Assembly: GCA_031400455.1 (NCBI GenBank)
Contig: JANNPX010000005.1
Coordinates: 25,577 to 89,576 of the forward strand
DNA: 64,000 nucleotides
Reading direction: 5' to 3'
From: Chloroflexota bacterium
Lineage (GTDB): Bacteria; Chloroflexota; Dehalococcoidia; DSTF01; JACRBR01
In this document: positions 1 through 7,423 of the stretch, piece after piece
How positions within the stretch are numbered: position 1 is the first letter of the stretch
Layout of the letters: every line of letters begins with the position of its first letter
The notes under the pieces: generated by a model
Seen by the model: the letters and a program-made list of their open reading frames with translations, nothing else
What the model was told of the DNA's origin: nothing
The model's database searches: none
Program-made: the position numbers and the translations under genes

Positions 1-4
1 TCGA

Positions 5-80
5 GCGGGGGTAGCTCAATTGGTAGAGCGCTAGCCTTCCAAGCTGGATGTTGCGGGTTCGAGCCCCGTCCCCCGCTCCA
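5..80 (+). tRNA. tRNA-Gly (anticodon TCC)
   Basis: Acceptor stem GCGGGGG/CCCCCGC, D-arm TAGCTCAATTGGTAGAGC, anticodon arm CTAGC-CTTCCAA-GCTGG, T-loop GGTTCGAGCC, encoded 3' CCA at 78-80. Confidence 0.97.
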
Positions 81-91
81 CTCTCATCTCC

Positions 92-319
92 CTAAGCAGT
101 TCGAAGCGGCTCGCGCCGACCATGTGCTCTCGCGAGTTGGTCGAACATATCCCAGGCGACGACGTGGCCTCGTTTCTTGTTGGCAGAACGCCACACAAGC
201 GCGCCCTTGCTCACCTTCAGCACCCCGAGCCGGGCATCGTCGCTGTACACCATAAACTTGATATCGCTGTTACCGAGCCTTCGTTCCGGGATCGTGAACC
301 GGACCTCGTGTCGTGGCAT
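92..319 (-). CDS. Small hypothetical protein (75 aa, MPRHEVRFTIPERRLG...)
   Basis: ATG at 319 preceded by a strong AGGAGG SD; globular-looking sequence; sits between the helicase terminator and the tRNA. Confidence 0.7.
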   Translation of the reverse strand: MPRHEVRFTIPERRLGNSDIKFMVYSDDARLGVLKVSKGALVWRSANKKRGHVVAWDMFDQLARAHGRREPLRTA

Positions 320-416
320 CGAATCCTCCTTCGTGGCTGCGTCGTTATCAGTATCCACGAAGGCCGCGCCCTTGTCGCCCAACGCCACACTTCATGTTTC
401 GAATCTCACGAACGCA

Positions 417-448
417 AACAGCGCGGATTCACTTGAATCCGCGCTGTT
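417..448 (-). terminator. Intrinsic terminator downstream of the DEAD-box helicase
   Basis: Perfect 15-bp inverted repeat AACAGCGCGGATTCA / TGAATCCGCGCTGTT, about 30 nt past the helicase stop; ends in a T-rich tail on the minus strand. Confidence 0.75.
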
Positions 449-477
449 GTGAGTCACGAAGTGAGGTGCCCGAAGCG

Positions 478-1689
478 TTAGCGGCGGCTGAACGCCGTTG
501 TCCGGCGGCGCCGCGTTCCGAAGCCACCGCTTGTGCGGCCAGCAGCAGCGCGTGCCGGCGCGACCTTGATCTCCTTGCCGTCCGGCGTCATGCGCGGCAG
601 GGTCCGGCCGAGACCACGCTCGATCTCGCGCCACTTCGGCAGGTCGCCGGGGCCGAGGATCGTGATCGCACTGCCGGATCGGCCCATACGGCCCGTCCGG
701 CCGACGCGGTGCGTGAACAGTTCGTGTGTCTCCGGCAGTTCGAAGTTGATGACGCGCGTGATGTGCAACACATCGAGCCCGCGTGCGGCGACGTTCGTCG
801 CAAGCAGGATAGGCGTCTTGCCGGCACGGAACTTCTCCAGCACACGGTCGCGCGCGCCCTGGCTGAGATTCCCCTGCAACACGTCGATCTGGTAGCCGAG
901 GCGTTCCAGTTTGACGCCGAGGTTACGCACCCCGTGCTTCGTCCTGCCGAAGACCAGTGTCGTGCCCTCAGTCGGCTCGTTGAGCAGCCGCTCCAGGACG
1001 GTGAACTTGTCTTCGTCCCAGACCTCGTACACGATGTGATCGATGTCCGGGCCTTCGTCGTCGTCAGCACGTGACGTCTCGATGACAACAGGCGTCCTGA
1101 GGTACTTCGTGGAGACCTTGTGTACCCACTCCGGCGTGGTCGCCGAGAAGAGCGCCGTCTGGCGCTCGCCGGGTGTCTGCGAAAGGATCCGCTCGACGTC
1201 CGGCGCGAAGCCACGGTCGAGCATTTCGTCGGCTTCATCCAGCACCATGTAGGTGATGCCGTCGAGCCGCATCGTGCCGCGGGTCAGGTGATCCAGGACG
1301 CGCCCCGGCGTACCGACGACGACTTGCGCGCCGCGATAGATCGCGTCCTGCTGCGGACCGAAGGCGCGACCTCCGAAGATGAGCGTCGTCTTGATGCCGG
1401 AGCCGCGTGCGAGCTTCTCCAGCACCTCACCGACCTGCTGCGCCAGTTCGCGCGTCGGTACGAGTACCAGCGCCTGGAGCCACTTGTTGTTGAGGTCGAT
1501 CTTTTCGATGAGGGGGATGCCGAACGCGAGCGTCTTGCCCGATCCGGTGAATGCCTGTCCGATGACGTCTTTGCCTTCGAGCAGAGGGGGGATGGAGAGT
1601 TCTTGAATCTCCGTCGGGGTTTCGATTTCCATAGCCTCAAGCGCCTTCTGGCTTGATGGCCGAAGCGTAAATTCACTAAACGATGACAA
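478..1689 (-). CDS. DEAD-box ATP-dependent RNA helicase
   Basis: Q motif (PTEIQ), TGSGKT, PTRELA, TPGR, LDEAD, SAT, ARGLD, HRVGRTGR; short basic C-tail; TTG start. Confidence 0.96.
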   Translation of the reverse strand: MSSFSEFTLRPSSQKALEAMEIETPTEIQELSIPPLLEGKDVIGQAFTGSGKTLAFGIPLIEKIDLNNKWLQALVLVPTRELAQQVGEVLEKLARGSGIKTTLIFGGRAFGPQQDAIYRGAQVVVGTPGRVLDHLTRGTMRLDGITYMVLDEADEMLDRGFAPDVERILSQTPGERQTALFSATTPEWVHKVSTKYLRTPVVIETSRADDDEGPDIDHIVYEVWDEDKFTVLERLLNEPTEGTTLVFGRTKHGVRNLGVKLERLGYQIDVLQGNLSQGARDRVLEKFRAGKTPILLATNVAARGLDVLHITRVINFELPETHELFTHRVGRTGRMGRSGSAITILGPGDLPKWREIERGLGRTLPRMTPDGKEIKVAPARAAAGRTSGGFGTRRRRTTAFSRR

Positions 1690-1932
1690 ACGGGTACCTT
1701 TCGTCAGAAGATAGATCTTCTCGATAGATCTTCTCGACGACCAGTGCGAAGGGGGAGACGGGCTTGAGGGGCGCGCAATCGCAGCGGACGCTTACTGAAG
1801 ATGCTCTCTATTATGTGCAGAGTGTACGGCCTTTCGCCCTACCCCTGCAAATAGGCATTCTTACGCACTTCCGCTAAGCCATCTCGCAGGACAGCCTGCT
1901 GAAGCCAGAATCGCCTCGCAAAAGGATCCGCC

Positions 1933-2796
1933 ATGAGCTACGAATGTATCGACTATCAGGCCAGTGACGGCATCGCCCGGCTCGTGCTGAACCGGCCGGA
2001 GCGGATGAACGCCATCAACACCCAGCTTGTGGCAGATCTCCGCTCGGCGGTCGCGGCTGCCAACGACGACTCCTCCGTGCGCGTGCTGATCCTCAGTGGC
2101 GCCGGCCGCGCGTTCTGCGCTGGCTACGATCTCGATTGGGGCACGAAGGCGGAGGACGCCTCGCAGAAGGCGATGTCCGGCCAGTGGGATCCCGTGCGTG
2201 ACTACCTGGGCATGTCCAGAAACGTGCGCGCCTACATGTCGCTCTGGGAGAGCCCGAAGCCCGTCATCGCGCAGGTGCACGGCTGGTGCGTCGGCGGCGG
2301 CACCGACCTCGCGCTCTGCAGCGACCTCATCTACATGGCCGAGGACGCGCAGATCGGCTACCCGCCGGCCCGCATCTGGGGCGAGCCGACGACGATGATG
2401 TGGGTGTACCGCCTCGGGCTCGAACACGCCAAGCGGCTGATGCTCAGCGGCGAGTCGCTCACCGGTATCGAGGCCGAGCGCCTCGGGCTCGCGTCGAAGG
2501 CGGTGCCCGTCGAGCGGCTCGCCGACACTGCTGAAACAATGGCGCGAAAGCTGGCTACCATCCCGCTCAACCAGCTCGTCATGAGCAAGCTGCTCGTGAA
2601 CCAGGCGTACGAGAACATGGGCCTCCGCACGACGCAGATGCTCGGTACGGTGTTCGATGGCATCGCGCGCCACACACCCGAAGGCATCGCCTGGCGGGAC
2701 GAAGCGATGCGCGACGGATTCCGAGAAGCCGTCCGCCGCCGCGACGCCCCCTTCGGCGACTACGGCGAGCGCAAGCGCGACGAGCGTCACCCGTAG
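1933..2796 (+). CDS. Crotonase/enoyl-CoA hydratase superfamily protein
   Basis: LNRPERMNAI, AFCAGYDL and GWCVGGG oxyanion-hole motifs. Confidence 0.93.
   Translation: MSYECIDYQASDGIARLVLNRPERMNAINTQLVADLRSAVAAANDDSSVRVLILSGAGRAFCAGYDLDWGTKAEDASQKAMSGQWDPVRDYLGMSRNVRAYMSLWESPKPVIAQVHGWCVGGGTDLALCSDLIYMAEDAQIGYPPARIWGEPTTMMWVYRLGLEHAKRLMLSGESLTGIEAERLGLASKAVPVERLADTAETMARKLATIPLNQLVMSKLLVNQAYENMGLRTTQMLGTVFDGIARHTPEGIAWRDEAMRDGFREAVRRRDAPFGDYGERKRDERHP
2737..2778 (+). repeat. Direct repeat copy 1 (crotonase 3' end)
   Basis: 39/42 identical to 3691-3732; 30-nt exact core CCCTTCGGCGACTACGGCGAGCGCAAGCGC (2749-2778). Confidence 0.95.
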
Positions 2797-2842
2797 CGCT
2801 GTCGCTCGATCGACGGGCGCACGCACGCGTGGGAGGGAGAAC

Positions 2843-3682
2843 ATCACAAACTCTGACGACAAGGCCAGCCCGGATACCCCTTACGCGCTCGGTCACTCGG
2901 AAAGAGAGCTGGAACGCCTGGGTCGGCAGGCCCGTGTAATCGATCCGATCACGCGAGGATTCTTTCGTGACGCCGGCATCGGGCCGGGCATGCGCGTGCT
3001 TGATGTGGGCTGCGGCGCCGGCGATACCACGTTTCTCGTCGCGGGCATCGTCGGAGAGACTGGTGAAGTGGTCGGTGTGGATCGGGCTCCCGCTGCGCTG
3101 ATGGCTGCCAGGGCTGGCGCGAATAGGCGCTCGCTTCGCAATGTGTCATTCGTCGAAGGCGATGCTGCGGACATGACGTTCGATCGACCCTTCGACGCGG
3201 TTACCGGCCGTTACGTCCTCTTGTTCCAGCGCGATCCGGCGGCCATGCTCCGAAAGGTTGCCGCTCATGTGCGGCCGGGCGCGTCGATCGTCTTCCATGA
3301 ATTGGATTGGGACGGCTCGCGATCGTCTCCGCCGGCGCCGATCTATGACACCGGCACGCGATGGATCGTCGAGACGTTTCGGCTCATGGACGCCGAGACG
3401 AGCATGGGGCTCAAGCTGTACGCGACGTTCGTCGATGCGGGTCTGACCGCTCCCTCCATGCGGCTGGAAGCCGTCGTCGGTGCCGGCGCGAACGGTACCG
3501 ATGCTGTTGGTTTGGTGGCAGATCCCTTGGGCACGCTGTACGCCGACACGATTAGTCTGGGTGTGGCGACGGCGGCTGAGATGGGAATGGAAACGCTGGC
3601 TCGCCGTATGCAGGACGAAGTCACGGCGAACAACAGCGTGCTCGTGGCGCGCTCCGAGGTGGGGGCATGGTCGCATGTCTAG
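2843..3682 (+). CDS. Class I SAM-dependent methyltransferase; start uncertain (in-frame ATC after the SD)
   Basis: YALGHSERELERL N-terminal motif, VLDVGCGAGD motif I, VVGVD, FVEGD, FDAV; no in-frame ATG/GTG/TTG between 2796 and 2990. Confidence 0.85.
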   Translation: MTNSDDKASPDTPYALGHSERELERLGRQARVIDPITRGFFRDAGIGPGMRVLDVGCGAGDTTFLVAGIVGETGEVVGVDRAPAALMAARAGANRRSLRNVSFVEGDAADMTFDRPFDAVTGRYVLLFQRDPAAMLRKVAAHVRPGASIVFHELDWDGSRSSPPAPIYDTGTRWIVETFRLMDAETSMGLKLYATFVDAGLTAPSMRLEAVVGAGANGTDAVGLVADPLGTLYADTISLGVATAAEMGMETLARRMQDEVTANNSVLVARSEVGAWSHV

Positions 3683-3690
3683 CCTTGGAT

Positions 3691-3732
3691 CGCTGCGATG
3701 CGCCCTTCGGCGACTACGGCGAGCGCAAGCGC
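3691..3732 (+). repeat. Direct repeat copy 2 (orphan copy of the crotonase 3' end followed by TAA)
   Basis: Encodes RCDAPFGDYGERKR then TAA (3733-3735), versus RRDAPFGDYGERKR in copy 1. Confidence 0.95.
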
Positions 3733-3760
3733 TAACAAAACGCGCGCGGCGGAGGGACAA

Positions 3761-5047
3761 ATGACGCACCCAATCGACACACTCGTGATTGGTGCCGGCG
3801 CCGCCGGCCTCGCGGCTGCGCGCCACCTTCATGATGCCGGCGTCAGCGCTGTGGTCGTTGAGGCGCGAGACCGGATCGGCGGGCGCGCCCACACCTCGTA
3901 CGACTTTGCGTCACACCCCGTCGAACTCGGCGCAGAGTTTATCCACGGCGAGAACGTGTGCACGTGGGCGCTCATGGAGCGTTTCGGTATGCACGCACTC
4001 GACCAGGTGCCGCTCCTGAACGTGCGCGGGTACGTCGACGGCAAGCTCTACGGCCACGACGAATTCCTCCGGTCTCCGATGATTCGTGCTGCCTTCTCGA
4101 TGAAGAGCGTCGCGACGGACTGGCTTGCGGCCGGACGCGGCGATGCGTCGTTGCTCGAGGTTGCGCGCGTCACGAACAGTGAGCGGGGTGTGAGCCTCAC
4201 CGCTGGAGAGTGGGCAACTTGGTCGCATTTCTTCGCCCAGTATCACGCCGCGGATCCCGATCAGCTCGGTGCGGCCGGCTGGCTGGAGCCGTCGTTCGAG
4301 AACGACGGCGTGCGACTGAATTTCCGCATCACCGAGGGCTATTCGGCGCTCCTGGCCGCGTTCGCTGACGGGCTCGATGTTAGGCTCTCAACGCCGGTCC
4401 AACGCATCGAGTGGGACGCGGCCGGCGTGCGCATTCACGCGGCTGGCGAAACACTCGATGCCGAGCGCGTGATCGTCACGCTGCCGCTGGGAGTGCTGCA
4501 GGAGGGCGGCATCGTGTTCGATCCCCCGCTACCGGATGACAAGCAGCACGCGATCGAAGGTCTGGGCGCGGGGGCGATCGCAAAGATCATCCTGCGATTC
4601 GACGAACAGCTCTGGCCAGATGACCTGACGTTCCTGTTCACCGAGCGAGAGAGCCAGGTCTGGTGGCGCCCTGGTCGCTGTCGCGATGACGAGGCGCCCG
4701 TGCTGATGGCGTTCTTCGGCGGCAGTTCCGTGGCGCATTTCCGGGCGTTCGGAGAAGATGCGCCCCTCGCCGCGCTGGACGATTTGGAAACGATGCTCGG
4801 CCGCAAGCTCGGCTCGCATCTCGTCAGCTCACGCTTCGTGGACTGGCAAGCTGACCCCTACACACGCACGGGCTACTCGAGCGTGCCGCCGGGCGGCGCC
4901 GGACTCCGCGACGCGCTCGCCGCACCCATTGGGAGTGTGCTGTACTTCGCCGGCGAAGCGACGAACCGCAACCGCCCCGCGACGGTCCACGGCGCGCTTG
5001 AATCGGGGTACCGGGCAGCGCACGAGGTCATGTCGCTCGTGCGCTAG
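3761..5047 (+). CDS. Flavin monoamine/polyamine oxidase family FAD oxidoreductase
   Basis: GAGAAG, EARDRIGGR, LGAEFIHG, YFAGEAT, TVHGALESG; GGAGG SD. Confidence 0.92.
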   Translation: MTHPIDTLVIGAGAAGLAAARHLHDAGVSAVVVEARDRIGGRAHTSYDFASHPVELGAEFIHGENVCTWALMERFGMHALDQVPLLNVRGYVDGKLYGHDEFLRSPMIRAAFSMKSVATDWLAAGRGDASLLEVARVTNSERGVSLTAGEWATWSHFFAQYHAADPDQLGAAGWLEPSFENDGVRLNFRITEGYSALLAAFADGLDVRLSTPVQRIEWDAAGVRIHAAGETLDAERVIVTLPLGVLQEGGIVFDPPLPDDKQHAIEGLGAGAIAKIILRFDEQLWPDDLTFLFTERESQVWWRPGRCRDDEAPVLMAFFGGSSVAHFRAFGEDAPLAALDDLETMLGRKLGSHLVSSRFVDWQADPYTRTGYSSVPPGGAGLRDALAAPIGSVLYFAGEATNRNRPATVHGALESGYRAAHEVMSLVR

Positions 5048-5083
5048 GCGCGCTGCGCATGTCGCGATCCGCGGCTCGGGGCT

Positions 5084-5296
5084 CTACGCCTCTTCGTACT
5101 TGAAGGAGAGCTTGATCTTGGCGCGATACAACGAGACCTTGCCGTCCTCGACCGTCATGTCGAGCGTCACGACTTCGGCGATCCGCAGATCGCGCAACGT
5201 CCCACCGGCTCGCGCCACGGCCGCCGAAGCCGCCTTCTCCCACGAGTCCGGGCTCGTGCCAATCAATTCGATGATCTTGTAAACGCTCTCTGCCAT
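5084..5296 (-). CDS. Dodecin (flavin-binding protein)
   Basis: 70 aa, VYKIIELIGTSPDSWEKAA...LRDLR...YRAKIKLSFKYE; GGAGG SD. Confidence 0.92.
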   Translation of the reverse strand: MAESVYKIIELIGTSPDSWEKAASAAVARAGGTLRDLRIAEVVTLDMTVEDGKVSLYRAKIKLSFKYEEA

Positions 5297-5500
5297 CTGA
5301 ATCACCTCCGTGCGAATGTAGTTTGCCTGCTGCGATCGTATACCCGCTGTCAATAGCCACCGTTCCTCGCCGTCCAACATGCGCCCCCAGCAGGTGACGC
5401 CTCCGCAACGGAGTTCACGAACCGCGCTGCACCTTCACGCACGCGTGAGCGTTCGTTACGATGACGCGTCCCAGCACCCGTCTCAACGAATGGAAGCGCG

Positions 5501-6757
5501 ATGCCCGCCCCGCAAGCCCCTGTCACGCAGCCTGCTGCAGGACTGCGCGGCTACGGACAGCGGACCTTCTCGTCACTCGCCATCCCGGACTTCCGCGTGC
5601 TCTGGATCGGCAACGTTGGCACCATGTTGGGCCAGTGGGTGCAGTTTGCCGCCCAGGGATACCTGGTCTTCTACCTCACAGGCTCGCCGTTCCAGGTGGG
5701 CGCCGTAGGGTTCGTGCGCGGTGTCTCCTCCGTGACGGTCGCGCCGTTCGCGGGCACCGTGACCGATCGCTTCAGCCGCCGGTCAGTGCTGATGGTGATG
5801 ACCGCTATCAGCGCCACCACCGCCACGCTCGTCGCCGCGCTCATTATCACGGACGTGATCCAGATCTGGATGCTCTACCCGCTCTCGGCACTCGAGGGCT
5901 TCGGCGACGCCGTGAACCAGCCGGCCCGGCAGGTGATGATCTACGACGTTGTCGGCGCGGACGACCTTCCGAACGCCGTGGCGGTCAATTCGCTCGGCTC
6001 GAACACGATGCGGATCGTCGGGCCGTCGATGGCGGGCGCACTGATCGGCGCCGTCGGCATCGAGGCGGCGTTCATCGTTCAGGCCGCCGCGTACACGTTC
6101 TCGGTGTACGCCACCTCGCGCATCAAGACGAAGGGCATGCCCGTCGGCCGCGGCACGTCCACCGTGCTGCGCAGCATGCTCGATGGCGTCGACTACGCCC
6201 GGACGCATCGTGACGTGCTGCTGCTGGTGATCATGGCCGCGCTCCCCAGCCTGCTCGTCTATCCGTACGTGCAGTTCATCCCGGTGTTCGCGAGCGACGT
6301 GTTGCACGTAGGCTCGTTCGGATTCGGCTTCCTCGCGTCCGCCGTCGGCTACGGGTCGATCGTTGGTGCCCTGATCGCGGCGAACCTGACGCGCATCGAG
6401 AAGCGCGGGCAGATCCTCGTCTGGACGACGTTCGTCTACATGGCGCTCGTGACAGGCTTCGCGCTCTCGAACATGTATGCGTTGTCGTTCGCACTGCTGG
6501 TCATCGCCGGCGTCGCCAACTCGATCTACCTGATGTTCAATCAGGTCATGGTGCAGCTCATCGTGCACGACGAGTATCGCGGCCGCGTGATGTCGTTGTA
6601 TGTGATGACGAGCGGCATCACGCCGTTCAGCGCGTTGCTCATGGGCGCGCTGATCGATCTCTTCGGCCCGCAGGTGACGGTCGCCTGCTTCACCGGACTA
6701 GCTTCGGTGATCGTTCTGGTGATCGGCATCACGAGCAAGCGGCTCCGCCAGATCTGA
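5501..6757 (+). CDS. MFS transporter
   Basis: About 12 hydrophobic segments, GTVTDRFSRR motif A, YRGRVMSLY in the C-terminal half. Confidence 0.92.
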   Translation: MPAPQAPVTQPAAGLRGYGQRTFSSLAIPDFRVLWIGNVGTMLGQWVQFAAQGYLVFYLTGSPFQVGAVGFVRGVSSVTVAPFAGTVTDRFSRRSVLMVMTAISATTATLVAALIITDVIQIWMLYPLSALEGFGDAVNQPARQVMIYDVVGADDLPNAVAVNSLGSNTMRIVGPSMAGALIGAVGIEAAFIVQAAAYTFSVYATSRIKTKGMPVGRGTSTVLRSMLDGVDYARTHRDVLLLVIMAALPSLLVYPYVQFIPVFASDVLHVGSFGFGFLASAVGYGSIVGALIAANLTRIEKRGQILVWTTFVYMALVTGFALSNMYALSFALLVIAGVANSIYLMFNQVMVQLIVHDEYRGRVMSLYVMTSGITPFSALLMGALIDLFGPQVTVACFTGLASVIVLVIGITSKRLRQI

Positions 6758-6772
6758 CCGTTGAGGCTCGCC

Positions 6773-7216
6773 TTATCGCCGACGTCCGCCAAACAGCCCT
6801 TTGATCTGGTCGATCACCCCACCGCCATCTCGACCCTTCGCGCGCGCCCACGCCTTCTGCGCACCCGCCGAACGGCCGAGCCCACGCACTCGCTCTCGCA
6901 TCACTTCTCGTACGCGCTCCGACTCTCCGGCGTCCAGCCAGAAGCCATGGCCCCCAGCACACGCGTCCAGTTCCAGGTTGTACGCACGATAGTTGAAGGC
7001 GTGCATCGGCTCATTGCAGGCCGGGCAGAGCAGTACGCTCTGATGCTTGGCGAACTCGATCATCCCGGTGCGCTGAGCCTCGTCCGCAACGGTCGATTCC
7101 AGCTCGGCTAGTTCATCGTAGTCGTACCAGGCGCCACGACAGGCGGCACATCGGTCGACCGTGATGCCGTGCTCCGTCTCAGGCTGAAGCTCGTTAGCGT
7201 CTCGCGGGCAGATCAT
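6773..7216 (-). CDS. Protein with two TFIIB-type zinc-ribbon (zf-TFIIB) domains
   Basis: CPRD...VDRCAACRGAWYDYDEL and CPAC...LDACAGGHGFWLDAGE repeats. Confidence 0.8.
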   Translation of the reverse strand: MICPRDANELQPETEHGITVDRCAACRGAWYDYDELAELESTVADEAQRTGMIEFAKHQSVLLCPACNEPMHAFNYRAYNLELDACAGGHGFWLDAGESERVREVMRERVRGLGRSAGAQKAWARAKGRDGGGVIDQIKGLFGGRRR

Positions 7217-7423
7217 TTCTTATCCTCCTCATCATTGTAGCCAGGGTGGAGTCCCTAAATGTTGCGATGTGGTAGTGCTCATGCTGGCCGGTTGCGTCGG
7301 CGCGCAACGCCGATCGGTGATGGGCGGCCGTCTGCTCAGCGACGCACTCTGCGCGTGAGAATAGAACCTACGGCCAGCGTCTCCTACACTCGTTGAACTA
7401 CACGCAGCAAGGAGAAACCCACA

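Noticed and set aside
5-480. Prophage or island integrated at tRNA-Gly
   Set aside because: No integrase, no duplicate of the tRNA 3' end in the window, and housekeeping genes follow immediately.
7291-7313. Apparent pseudoknot GTTGCG/CGCAAC with TCGGC/GCCGA
   Set aside because: Zero-length loops make simultaneous pairing sterically implausible, and such short GC stems arise by chance.
7356-7380. TPP riboswitch-like words (TGAGA, GAACCT, GCCAGCGT) upstream of the ThDP enzyme
   Set aside because: They lack the P2 ACCC strand, the GATC..GG.TAAT P5 arm and the AGGGA 3' strand, so the aptamer cannot form. Could be a relic or chance; an Infernal scan would settle it.
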